A stretch of 63,995 bases of DNA, the filler included, from Fonticula-like sp. SCN 57-25 (Eukaryota), in assembly GCA_001724245.1 (NCBI GenBank). It is 6 parts of 6 records of this genome, joined end to end, with 100 filler letters (N's around TTAATTAATTAA, not from the genome) between each part and the next. Parts side by side here need not be neighbours in the genome. Positions count along the whole stretch, not along the records: positions 23,246 to 34,286 come from MEDX01000207.1; positions 34,387 to 45,355 come from MEDX01000208.1; 4 more parts are not named here. One strand, given 5' to 3'. A program made the position numbers and the translations under genes. Below, in pieces: positions 23,246 to 35,215 of this stretch (position 1 is its first letter; the number at the start of each line of letters is the position of its first letter). The notes below the pieces were generated by a model. The model was given only the letters and a program-made list of their open reading frames with translations. It did no database searches and was not told where the DNA came from.

Positions 23246-23725
23246 CGAAACCCTTGCTAGAACCAAAAGTTCTCATGGTACTCTATGTCCTGTGAACGTT
23301 TCAAGCAACGCGCAGGTAACTTGGTGAAACGCGGGGCGCTCAAAACTTAAGGCCACAGAACGCATGCGTTAATCCTACGTGGCCGTGCAGATCTACCCTC
23401 ATTCACACTATCGTGCTTTTTCGGGAATCAAACACTGCCAACTTCGGCAGCGATCTAGACAAGGAGGTTCGTTCTTTCATTCAGCTCTCGGTCCTTTTTG
23501 CGCTTGCTATTCCAATGATGATCCAAGAACCAGCACCTATACTATTCATATTTTCGCACCCTGCATGCGCATAATTGAGCCCGACCAATCACAACCCCGC
23601 GATCAAGCACACTGCAAACTGCAAACCGATGATCGGAATCAGCCAATCACGTGCAAGTGTGCAGCTGAATTCGTGACCACGAATCAGTTCCCAACGTGGT
23701 CTTTCTGCGTCGCATACCGTCGGAG

Positions 23726-25800
23726 ATGAGCGGGACGCGCCTGTTTGACGCTGAGAAGGGCTACGGCAGCCTGGTACGCCCCCGATCGGGTCATCTGTCT
23801 ATGTGCTTATAGTGTGCATGTGGAATAGCCGAGTGGCGCTCCTCCTTCGACGCTCTCCCTTTCGTGGCATCACCTCAATGTTGTGGGTTATGATGAGGGC
23901 TCTGGCGGGGGCCGCTGCTTTGGCTCGCGCACCCCCAAGCTCGAGAAGCGCATCCTGAACGACATCTCTGGCGTTGCGCCTGGCGGCGAGCTGCTTGCCA
24001 TCATGGGCCCTTCCGGTGCGGGCAAGACGTCTCTTCTCGACGTGCTGGCCGGTCGCCAGCCGGGGTTCACAGGGTCGCTCGCGCTCAATGGCCAAGTGTG
24101 CACCGGCACGGTGGTCCGCGAGATGTCGGCGTACGTCATGCAGGACGACATGCTGTTGAACACGCTGACGCCGCACGAGTACATGACCTTTTCCGCGTCT
24201 CTGCGCTTGGCCCATCTCTCGGCCGCTCAGCGCGAGGAGCGCGTCCGTCTGCTCCTCGTGCGCATGCCCGTTGACTCACGTAAGCGCCGGATCTGCTGAC
24301 ACCTTGTGCTTGGTTACAGGGCCAATTGAACATTATGCGGTGCGCCAACACGCCCGTCGGTAATCTGAGCGGTGGCGAGCGCAAGCGCACGTCGATCGCG
24401 GTCGAGCTGATCGCGGATCCCCGCATCATGTTCATGGACGAGCCGACCTCTGGCCTGGACAGCTTCACGGCGCTGTCTGTGATGCGCATGGTGAAGCGCC
24501 TCGCGGAGGAGGGCCGCACGGTGGTGGCGACGATCCACCAGCCTTCGAACGAGATCGTGGCCGAGTTTAGCCGGCTGCATCTTCTCGCTCGCGGTCATAC
24601 GGTGTACAGCGGCCCGCCGAGCGGCGCCCTGACGCACTTTTCCAACCTCGGCTTCCCCTGCCCGAACTACACGAACCCCGCCGACTTTTTCATGCGCCTC
24701 CTGCAGGACGACGCCAAGGTGGGCGAGGCCGAGGAGGAGGAGAGCCCCGAGGCCAAGGAACGCAGGCACGCGCTGCCCGTCCTCATCAACTCGCCGTGCG
24801 AAGTTGGGAGCCCCTTCCCCGAGCCGTCGTACAATGACGCCGTGGTGCAGGACCTCCGCGAGGAGACGGAGCGCATGACGAAGCGCGCGAGCGGGCCCAA
24901 GGCCCTCGCCGTCGTGACGTGGAGAGAGTTCCTCAACTTTAGCAGGGAGCCGATGGCGCTGCGCGTCCGCGTCGGACAGAGCATCTTCATTGCCCTGCTC
25001 CTCGGTATCATCTACTTGCAGATCGGCAACTGGCAGTCGACCATCAAGGACCGCATCGGTGTCCTTTTCTGCCTGATGGCGTTTGCCGTCCTCGGCACCA
25101 TGACCAGCGTCGTTATGACTTGTACGCCGCCGTTGGCCTCGACCCTTTTTGATACTAACTTTCACAAACAGTCCCCCAGGAGCGCAAGCTGTTTTTGCGC
25201 GAGCACAGCAACGGCATGTACAGCGCGTGGACGTACTACTTGGCCAAGGTCGTGAGCGAAATCCCCTTTTTGATCCTGATTCCTATGATTCTCTCAGTGG
25301 TGGCGTACTACATGGTCGGCCTGTCGACGGTGGACCCTACGCGCTTTTGGGTCTTTGCACTTGCCATGATAGTGCTCACGTTTGCGGCGCACTCGTTCGG
25401 CCTCATGATTGGTACCGGCTTTAAGAACTCGGCGGCGGCCGTCTCAATGACGCCGCTCATCCTCACGCCTATGCTCCTCTTTGCGGGCTTCTTTGTCAAT
25501 ATGGAGAACGTGACGCCGGTCCTCGCGTGGCTGCAGTACCTTTCCTTCTTCAAGTACGGCCTCGAGGTCTTTAGCGTCAATGAGTTCCAGGATCTCGTGC
25601 TTGTGTGCCGCGATGACGAGCTCGTCGGGCCCATCTGCCCGATCACGTCGGGCGACCAGGTGATCGCAAGCATGGGCTACGACCCGGATGCCGTCTGGAC
25701 CGACTTGGGAATTTTGGCGGGCATGTGCCTCGCCGCGCACGTGCTCGCGTTCTGCTTTTTGTTCATGCAGACGCGCGGCCGCAAGGAGCGCGGCATCTAG
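23726..25800 (+). CDS. ABCG (White-type) half transporter
   Basis: Walker A GPSGAGKTS, LSGGERKR signature, MFMDEPTSGLD, TIHQP, then an ABC2 membrane domain; three introns. Confidence 0.95.
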
Positions 25801-25964
25801 ATAGACTTTTCGCATTGGCTTTTTTGTTGTTGCAATTTTATCAATACGATTCATTGAAATTTATGGCACGAATCGCCCGCAGCAAAGCGGACACATTGGT
25901 CGATTAAAAGGGTAAGAATGGAAACACTAAAAGACTAAAGCAGAACACTTGACACAATCTGCGT

Positions 25965-27952
25965 CTAGAGCGGCGTTGTCGGCTCGGTCCAACTCCACTC
26001 GACGATAATGTCGCCTGCGCACGCGAGCGTTGCGACGCAGACCGTCTCCCTTTCCGGCACGTCGGCAACGATTGGGTTGGACGCGAGGCCGGCGGTGACA
26101 GGCCCCTCGACGTTGATCTCCACGCGCACCTTGGCCGCGCGCGTGTTGTGTATGAGAATGTCGATCGTCCCCCGCTCGCTTCCCGCCTTTTTAATGAGCC
26201 GCACTCCGTGGAGGACGGACGACTGCTCGGGGAGCGGTGGCGCGGCCGCCGACTGGAACTTCCAGCTCTGGGACACCGGCCCGCCGCACGTGATGCTGCC
26301 GATTGGGACGGCGGCGGTCGCGCCCGCCGGGACGACTCCCTTGACGGTGAACGGCGCCGTTAGGCCCGACGTCGTCACAGCGAGGTCATTGACCGCGATC
26401 ACGCTCCCCTCGACCGACACCTCGACCTCAACGGCGACCTGGTTCCGGTTGCTGGCAAAGAAGCTGATGACCGTCGGCGTGACGTTGTGCTGGATGCGCG
26501 TCTCGAGCGTGACGTTGTTGAGCTCGGAGCTGCGCACCTCGACGGCCGCCGGGCGCACCGACATGGATGAGCTGAACGACATTTCGCCGTCGGCCGCGAC
26601 CGACTTTACCGTCGCCAGCCAGCCGCTCGAGTGGCTCGCCACGACGCCCTCCAGCGCCTTGCCGCCATCGCTCACGACAACGTGGCTCACAGCGAGCGGG
26701 TCCGCGTGGCTCGAGCCCTCGTACTGCGCAATGACCGCGTTGGCGCTCTCGATCGAGATGCGCACCCGCACGGCGTACTCGCGGTTGTTCACCGCATGGT
26801 AGTGGTAGCTGCCGCCCTCCGACACGCGGCGCAGCTGAACATGGTCGAGCTCCTCGACGCGCGCCGACGCGAGCTTGGCCGACAGCGTCGACGAGGTCGG
26901 CGCAATCACCGACCCGCTGCCAACCGAGGGGGACTCCCAGCTGACAAGCGAAGTGGCCCGCCGGGGCGACTCGGGCGGCGCAATCGACATAGTCGAGCGA
27001 GCACTTCCTTCACTCGGGAATGCAGCAGCAGCAGCAGGAACAGCCGCGGCGGCAACGGCGACAGCAGCGGGAATAGCAGCAGCAGCAGCGTCCGGAATGT
27101 CGGGAAGGAGGCCGATGAGCGTGTCGACGATGCGAGCAAAGGTCGGCCTGAGCTCTGGCTCGTCGCTGACGCACTGGAGGACGAGGTCGACGAGGACGGG
27201 CGGGCATCCCGGCTGGATGAGGGAGCGGACCTCTGCGTCGTCGAGGCCAAAGCCCGGGATGACACGCTTAAAGTGCCGCGTGTCGGGCTTGACGCGCGAC
27301 AGCAGCTCGGCCAGCACCATGCCGTACGAAAACACGTCGATGAGCTCGGTGTAGTCGAGCGAAAGCATGATTTCCGGCGCCATCGTCCAGTCAGTGCCGC
27401 ACATGGTCATCGGCGCCTTGCTGTCCTGCGGGCGTGCAAAGCCAAAATCGCACACCTTTGCGGAAAAGTCGCTCGAAATGAGAATGTTTTCGCTCTTGAG
27501 ATCGCGGTGGATGATCCCGCGGCTGTGAAGGTACGCAACGGCCTTGGCCACGTCGAGCGCGATCTGGATGCGGGTGCGCCAGGGGAGCTCCTGGGCAATG
27601 TTGACCGCTCGAAGATCGCCATGGCCCTCGATAAACTCGGTCAGAATGTACATGCGCTTCTCCCGATCAATAGAGACTCCCATGAAGCGAACAATGTTGG
27701 GATGGCGCGCTTCACTGGAACAACAACCAGGTAAGCAAAAAGGGCGCATCAGGGAGAAGAAAGTGACGCGTACGAAAGCGTCGTCACCTCGCGCTCCCAG
27801 TACTTTTGAATGTCGGGCTCATCCCCCGCGTCCGTCAGTCGCTTGATCGCCACAGGCGTCCCAAACAACGAGCCGCGATGGACAACGCCAAAGTTTCCTC
27901 GGCCAATGATCTTGCCAAACTGCAGATCCTCAAACTTGACCGTCGAATTCAT
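25965..27952 (-). CDS. TKL kinase of the LISK (LIMK/TESK-like) family with a C-terminal triple beta-rich repeat
   Basis: IGRGNFGVV, VAIK, HPNIVRFMG, IIHRDLKSEN, DFGFAR, MTMCGTDWTMAPE; one intron near 27715-27773. Confidence 0.9.
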
Positions 27953-28309
27953 GGCGGGCCGACAAGGAGAAGCGTGGCGGTGGATTGTGACAGGAGCAGA
28001 TCGCGGCCACGTGGTTAGAAACAGTCAGCGGTATTTGACCAATCAAAATTGCAGCAAAATTGCCCGAGGAATAGATTGGCACGGGGTACGCAAGGAGAAA
28101 ATTAGCAAAGGCCAATTAGGGCTTTTAGCAGGCGCATGTGCAGCGCAATATAATGTACGGGCACTTCCAGGAGGTATGCAATTTGCAATATAAATAAATC
28201 ATTTCCCACACGCGTTATATTGCATGCAAACTGCAAAATCGATCTTTCCCACACGCATTGTATTGGATCATGGTAAAAGTACATTGTGCAGATCGGGCTG
28301 GCGGCCCTC

Positions 28310-29770
28310 TCACTGCTGCTGCTCCCTTAATGAGCTTCCCGACCCGCCAAACGGCACAAACCCGACTGTCTTTCTGAGGCTCTCGTTCACCGCGCCGTTG
28401 CTCGGGGCAGCGACGGCGGCGGCCGCGGCGGCCGCGACGAGCGGCGGCGGCAGGCCAAACGCAAGCCGCCCTTCGGGCACGTGAATGGGAGCGGCGTCGC
28501 GCGGCACAAACACGGCGCGGACGCTGAGCGAGCGGGGCGACGCGCCGGGCTCGGTCGCGGGCGCCGCAGCCGCCTTTGACCGAGGGATAGGAACGCTCTG
28601 GGACGAGGAGGCCGATGCGGCGGACGGGCTGACGCCGAGAGAGTTGGCGTCGGCCGCGGGTGCGCGCGAGCGGCCACGAAGAGAGGCGCCGCCACCAGAA
28701 AACGGAACAAAGGAAGGCGTGGGCGGCGGCGCGTCGGCGTCGGCCGCGGCAGAAGCGCCAAGCTGGGGGCTCACACCAGAGGCACTGCTGGCGGGGGACC
28801 CCGTCACCGTCGACTGTGACACGCACAAATGTTAGAAATCAAACACGAGAAATCAGACACAAATGCATGTCAAGAGAAAAGAGTGGCACGCACCGATGCG
28901 GCGCTTGCCGGCCGGGTGGGTTCCTGGTATCCCGGCGGCGGCGCAAAGTCGACCTCGACGTCCGTCTCGATGACGCAAATCGCTCTCGCCGGCTTGCATT
29001 CGAGGACGTTGAATTGGTACGTTTTGGTATGGAAGAGGAGATTGACGCAGTCGCCTTCCGTCAGGCAGGCGTAGCTACGCAGGGCGCGCTCAAGCCTGTC
29101 GAGCGATGGTGAGCACACGTACTTAATCCAGAAAGGGAAAAAGATCAGGTCAGCAGCAAGAGAATGATATCAAGACTTAAGCCATCTTCTTTTCTTCGCT
29201 GCATTTCCCCCTTCATTCCGACGTACATTGTTCGCGGGTGATTTACGCTCAGGAATGATTCTGACGTCGGCTGAAGCTTGACAAAAGAGCCCGACGGCAT
29301 CTCGGCGCTGGTTAGCTTTACGATTGAATTTGCGCATCCGAGCTGCTCAATCATCCAGCCGGGAAGGTGAACTTTCCCTTCCTGGGCAGTGAACTCGATG
29401 ACACCGCAGTGCGTCGACTTGCCGTTGAATTCGACTCGGAAGAGCAGAGGGTACATGACGTTCAGGGCAGTCAGCTGCGCGAGCGCCGAAGGAGGAAGCA
29501 GAACTAAACAGACCAAAGCAAGTTAAATAGGCAATTAAAAGAACGAAAATACCAAAAAATAATGCACAATTCACAACGAAAAGAGGTTATAGTGTGCGCG
29601 CCCTCATCTCTCTCTAATGGTCCAAATGACGTACTCTTCCCACCATAGTCGAGCTCCATGTAGTTGGAGTTGCCCGAGTCTTTCATCGTGTTGCAGCGGA
29701 GCACGCGCTCAAACTGATCGGCGTCGCCGCCGTTGCTCGGCATACGGCCGTAGTGAAAACCCCCAAACAT
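28310..29770 (-). CDS. UFD1: Ubiquitin fusion degradation protein 1
   Basis: YGGK..LLPPSALAQL, YPLLF, THCGVIEFTAQEG, LERALRSYACLTEGD, IETDVEVDFAPPPGY; two SHP boxes (FVPFSGGG, FVPFGGSG). Confidence 0.94.
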
Positions 29771-30074
29771 TCCGCGTCAAGTGAAGATACAATCACCGCA
29801 AGGAATGTCGACGTCGGGGATCGGCGCTCTTCAAAGACAACTGCTTGAGGGGCAGCTCAAGTTGACGTGATCGAAAATCGTTCTTCAATTCTTTATGGAT
29901 GGTCAAATTTTTACCCTTGCTGCCGCGAATTTGCGTTATATGTTATATTAAAGATGAACCAGAGGAAAAGAGGGTGAAAACGTTACAAAAGAACATCGAC
30001 ATAAGGGAAACCGCAAAGAGGAACGCGTCCGACGATGCAGCATCCCCATGCTAATTTTAAGACTCTCAGGCAGT

Positions 30075-31497
30075 CTAGATGAGGTCGGCGACGTTGAGGG
30101 GCATCTCCTCGATCTGGGTGTGGTAGAACTTTTCAATTTCACGCATCATGGGGACGTCCTCCTGGGCGATGAAGTTGATGGACACACCCTTACGACCGAA
30201 ACGACCACCACGGCCGATACGGTGGATGTAGTTCTCCTTGTTGGCGGGGAGGTCATAGTTGATGACGAGCGAGACCTGCTGCACGTCGATACCACGGGCC
30301 AAGAGGTCGGTGGCGATGAGGACGCGGGTGGTTCCCGAGCGGAACTCGCGCATAATGACATCGCGCTGGGCCTGGTCCATGTCACCGTGCATGCACGAGA
30401 CGGTGAAATTGCGCGCCTTGAGCTTGTCGGTGAGGAAGTCCACCTTTCTGCGGGTGTTGCAGAAGATGACCGCCTGGGTGATGGTGAGCGTCTCGTACAA
30501 GTCGCACAGCGTGTCGAGCTTGTACTCCTCCTTGTCGACGGCGACGTAGAACTGCTTGATACCTTCAAGGGTGAGCTCGTCGCGCTTAACGAGAATGCGG
30601 ACGGGGTCGCGCATGAAGCGCTTGGTGACCTCGAGCACGTCGGCGGGCATGGTGGCCGAGAGCAGCACAACCTGAACGCCGCCCGGGAGGAGCTGGAAGA
30701 CGTCATAGATCTGGTCGGTGAAACCGCGCGAGAGCATCTCGTCAGCCTCATCGAGCACGAACATCTTGAGGTGCTGCGTGCGGAGAGCGCGGCGGTTGAT
30801 CATGTCCTGGACACGGCCGGGCGTGCCGACGACAATGTGAGCGCCGCTCTCAAGCTTCTTCATGTCCTCGCGGACGCTGGTGCCACCAATGCAGGCGTGG
30901 CACTCAATGTTCATGTAGTCCGAAAGGGCAATGATGACCTTCTGGATCTGCTGGGCCAACTCGCGCGTGGGCGCAAGGATAAGGGCCTATGGTCGGACAA
31001 TCAGCGTCCGCATAGCTAGGGGCATAGGGGGCCGTCAGCGTACCTGGCACTCGCGGAGCGAAACATCGAGCTTCTGGAGGATCGAGATGGCAAAGGTGGC
31101 GGTCTTGCCGGTACCGGACTGGGCCTGCGCAATGACGTCGCGGTTCTTCACCACGGGCACAATAGCGCGCTGCTGAATGGCGGACGGCTTCTCGAAACCG
31201 TAACCATAGATACCGCGGAGGAGCTCATCACGGAGACCCATGTTGTCAAAGTTGTCGACAACCTCATCCCAGTTGGACTGCAGGAAAGAGAAGCCAAAGG
31301 TGAGCTACAAAAGAACACCACAGAGAAGCAGAGATGCTGGTCGCAAAAACGTACCTCGATGTCCTCGCCGACGTCCTGGAGATCAGCACGATCCTGCCTA
31401 CAAGAGGGAAAAAAAGGAAAGAAAAAAGAAAAAGCTCCATGTTAGACTACGGCGCGCACGCCAATAAAGCACCAGTCATGACGCACTCAGAAGCCAT
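30075..31497 (-). CDS. EIF4A: Eukaryotic initiation factor 4A (DEAD-box helicase)
   Basis: [48 protein letters not shown]; three short 5' introns. Confidence 0.98.
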
Positions 31498-32285
31498 GTT
31501 TGCAACACAAGCGCGTTTACTTGTTAAGAAGTTTTCCTTTCCTTACCACTAGATAGTGGTACTCGACGTCGAGTGAGGAAGAGAGAGAGAGAGAGGGCAC
31601 TTGAAAGGATAGCACCGCGAAAAGGGACGCGTGGCTGCTGGACCAGAATTCGTCTCAACGCACGGTCGCAAGCATATGGGTGATATGGTCGGAATCTGAT
31701 CGGGATTGATAGGTTGAGACACTTCAAGAATCGCATGCGTTTTTTGTCGAGGCGGGAAAAAAAAAGCGGGAAAGTCGATTCTCTCAATCGCCTGGCAATG
31801 GCATTGTCAAGATGGGCATATAATCGAAAGGAGCCTCCGCTGAGCACTTTTCTGAACCTTACACAATGAAATGGAGACATTACTTTTCTTAGCAGATTAT
31901 TGTCCATTGAAATGCGGTTGTGTGGTACACGAATCGCGCAGCTACTTTTTGCCAAGCAAATAAAGTTTACACTGAAATGCAGACTCCACCAGTTTTTTAA
32001 GGTGACATCTTTTCCTTTGGCCTGTTTCAGCATATTTTGTTACCTGGCGTACTTTTGATAAGCTAATTGTACGGATCGCATGTACCCGGTATCCACTACC
32101 GCGCGGGACCCGACCAATCAGCAATCACAGCCACGTGATCATCCACATGGCCACAGTTACGGTTTCGTCAAAATTTAGCCGTCACCGTTACTGACGTTGG
32201 AAAACGTTGTAAACCCCTTGTGCGTGCGAGGTAGACGCGGACAGTTTTTTTCTGCGTCTCCGTCGCCGTTCTTCTGTCCCACGAC

Positions 32286-33650
32286 ATGGTAGTGGCTTCG
32301 TCTGCTCCCACGATGTCGCTTTCTAGTGTAACGGGTTTGGCGGAGGATTTGCTGTTTCGCCTGTACTGCTCGTTGACGCCTCGTTCGGCGCGCATCCGGA
32401 AATCGCGCGGGAGCGGGTCTCTTCCCTCAAGCTCGTCGCTGCTTCGGTGTGATCTCGGTGCCGACTTTAATGAAGCGCATGTCGTGTTGTCGACGTCGCC
32501 ATCGGCTTCTCCCGGCGGTCGGCTCTTTTCGCCCTCGCGCACTGACACCACAATGCGGAGCCTTGTTTCGCGGCTCGAGTCTGAAGTGCGGACGCTGTCG
32601 CAAAAGCTAAAAGAGGAGCGCGAGGAGCTTGTGCGGGAAAAGTCTGCGCGGACGTCGGCAGAGTCAGAGCTGGAGGCTGTTCGTGCCCATAACGAGACGC
32701 TGGTGGCGCTTGTGCGGGAGCTTCATGGTGAGATCGAGCTCGAGATCAAGGATAGAAACGAGGATCTCTACGCGATGGAAGAGCGCCTTGAGCAGGTGAG
32801 CGAAGAATACCGCAATGGTCTTTTGTCTGAGCTCCTTGAGAAGCGCGATCGCGCCATCGTTGCCAGTGGCGCCCAGGACGACAAGTTCGCGTCTGCTCTC
32901 AAGCGGACGAGCTCGACACTGGCGCGCTACGCCGAAATGAGCGACCAGACGCCCGCATCGCCCAGCACCGTTGCAGCGCTCGCCCGCAATCGAATTGCCG
33001 AGGCCAAGGTCAGCGCCGAGGCCAAGGTTAGCGCCGAGGCCGCAGCGGCTAACCCGGCCAAGGTCACGACCGGCTCGCTGCTCGACATCACGCAGGAGCT
33101 GGACCCGTGGCGCCGCATTGCTGACCCGACGTCGCCGCCGCAGCACGACGCCCTTCTTGATCGCTCGATTGACCCTGCCTTCCATGCGCCCATCGTTATT
33201 GCCTCTGGGCCAGTCACCGAAGTGTCGACGCAGACCGAGGGGCCGGCGCAGGAGGAGCTGGAGCAGCTGCGCGAGGAGCGCGACCGCGCCGAGGCGACTT
33301 CAACGCACCTGGCGTCCATCATCCAGGAGCTTACCGCCGAGTTTAAGCGCATCCTGGCACCGCGCGATGGGCCGCTCGCTGTGCTGGCTGCCGCGGCAGC
33401 GGCAGTGCCCGCCACGAGGCACGCGGCCGACTCGAACACGCCGGCCCGCGAGGCGGCGCACGAATTTTCCGTTTCGACGACGCACCGCGCGACTTCTCTC
33501 TTGGCAAAGATCGAAGCGGTGTCGGTGCAGCCGGCTAACAGTGTGGGCGTGGCCGCCCTTCTCCAGGGTGTCCCGCAGCCCTTCTCTTCCACGACTACGC
33601 CTGAGCGCCGCATGCCCGACCCCGACATTTTGCTGCGCGGAAGCGCTTAA
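32286..33650 (+). CDS. Hypothetical coiled-coil protein
   Basis: 454-aa intronless ORF with genome-typical codon bias, heptad-rich segments and an AEAKVS tandem; upstream CCAAT and CACGTG motifs. Confidence 0.7.
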   Translation: MVVASSAPTMSLSSVTGLAEDLLFRLYCSLTPRSARIRKSRGSGSLPSSSSLLRCDLGADFNEAHVVLSTSPSASPGGRLFSPSRTDTTMRSLVSRLESEVRTLSQKLKEEREELVREKSARTSAESELEAVRAHNETLVALVRELHGEIELEIKDRNEDLYAMEERLEQVSEEYRNGLLSELLEKRDRAIVASGAQDDKFASALKRTSSTLARYAEMSDQTPASPSTVAALARNRIAEAKVSAEAKVSAEAAAANPAKVTTGSLLDITQELDPWRRIADPTSPPQHDALLDRSIDPAFHAPIVIASGPVTEVSTQTEGPAQEELEQLREERDRAEATSTHLASIIQELTAEFKRILAPRDGPLAVLAAAAAAVPATRHAADSNTPAREAAHEFSVSTTHRATSLLAKIEAVSVQPANSVGVAALLQGVPQPFSSTTTPERRMPDPDILLRGSA

Positions 33651-33985
33651 CGAACGATGTACATGTAGCTACACTTATTATCATAACTTGTTTTCAATGC
33701 ACTCTGTATTTATTGGGAATTGTTTGTAACTCATCGCTGCTTGATGCCAAAATAGTTGAGCTACGCTCAGTTCACGCTCGTCATTGGACACAATGAAACC
33801 CATTCTTGGAACCATCACATGGCATAGACGATATGTTTCCGTAATGATGTATGCCATATGCGCATGCCAGCACGCCGCCTAATACAATTCCTCTCGGAGA
33901 GATTTGAAAAGTTCATTTCAATGAACCCACAAGCCTGTCACAAGCATGTCACCGTCATGGGTAGCGAGCGCAGTTGCGCGACGAG

Positions 33986-34286
33986 ATGGTGACAGAGGTG
34001 AGGGTGTGGTGGAAGATCGAAGGTGTGGACCGCATTTTTGAGCGCCCTTTTCCGGCGAATGCGACATGGAATCGTGTTGTGGAGTACATTCATGATAATT
34101 GTTTTGAGGAGCGCGTGCCCACCTTGCCCGCAAACATCCACGTACGCCGCGCGCACTCTAACCGCTCGTCGTTGCTTGGCTTCGCTCACTGTCTGTCGCT
34201 TTCTCCACTTTTGTTCCTGCCCACAGCTCAAGCCTTTTGGTGCAAAGGAGGAGGATGACGAAGTTGATTATGGTCAGGAAGTAGGC
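33986..34286 (+). CDS. Hypothetical protein, N-terminal fragment with a possible ubiquitin-like (Crinkler-type) header
   Basis: MVTEVRVWWKIEGVDRIFERPFPANATWNRVVEYIHD..., GTACGC..CAG intron (about 34142-34226), second exon runs into the contig end. Confidence 0.5.
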
Positions 34287-34386
34287 NNNNNNNNNNNNNN
34301 NNNNNNNNNNNNNNNNNNNNNNNNNNNNNNTTAATTAATTAANNNNNNNNNNNNNNNNNNNNNNNNNNNNNNNNNNNNNNNNNNNN
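34287..34386. other. Artificial contig-joining spacer
   Basis: N run with TTAATTAATTAA. Confidence 0.99.
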
Positions 34387-34689
34387 TATCTTACGTAACC
34401 CAGCGGGAGCTGAACGCGTTCGCCCAACCTCTTCGCGTTTTCGGCTGTGTGTCGCAGATAAGTAGTTTGCGGAATCCGTCTGTCAGGAATCACATCTACC
34501 AGACGGACAGTAGTAGGCTGTCCTGTCCTGTCCAGTTTCTCTATCAATGTTTTTAACTCTTGGATACTAGAGTGGCCCAGCCTGAACGAAAGGTACTAAT
34601 CAACTTACCGTCTGTCGTTTGGAGGAGTAGATTATTCGACTTGCTGCACAACGCCTTTAATGCAGGCAGTCTGAGCTTCAAAGAGGTTT

Positions 34690-35155
34690 GTCGGGAACCA
34701 AACCTCCCACACCTACGCAGGGCACATCCTCCTCTACCACACGGAACTCTTCCAGAAGTGAAGTAGCGCGACTCGCCTCGTCGCCAGCTCTCGAACGCAT
34801 CCTGAACCATCGCTCTACGACAAGTATTCGCGAAGGTATGAACGATCATCAGGAATCATCGTCCGACCCCTTACGGTCGGGTCGACCATCAACCCCGACG
34901 ACGCTCCTCAATCGAGTCAACACCGTTGCTGTCCCGCACACGTACGCACACTCGTGCTGCGCTTATCAGGACGATCAATCACTCGCAGGACCTATAGCGC
35001 GCTCTATAGCTGGCTGGCACAGGACGCCCACGCCAATAGGGCAAACGAACCTCGCAGCTTATCTCCGACTGGTCGAGCCTCTTGGACTAGTGCCTCGTTG
35101 CATTGTTATTTTGCGTTCTTTCCTTTGCAATACAAGCTCGGGCACATTGTCACAG
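34690..35155 (+). mobile_element. Degenerate interspersed repeat, copy A (possible 3' end of a non-LTR retrotransposon)
   Basis: Shares CTGAACCATCGCTCTACGACA, GCGCTTATCAGG, CAGGACGCCCACGCCA, ATCTCCGACTGGTC and GGGCACAYTGTCACAG with 49730-50215; reading frame broken by stops. Confidence 0.6.
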
Positions 35156-35215
35156 ATTGTTGCATCAAAGAGGCATTATTGGAAACATGACCATATCAAA
35201 TGTCTATTGCTACAG

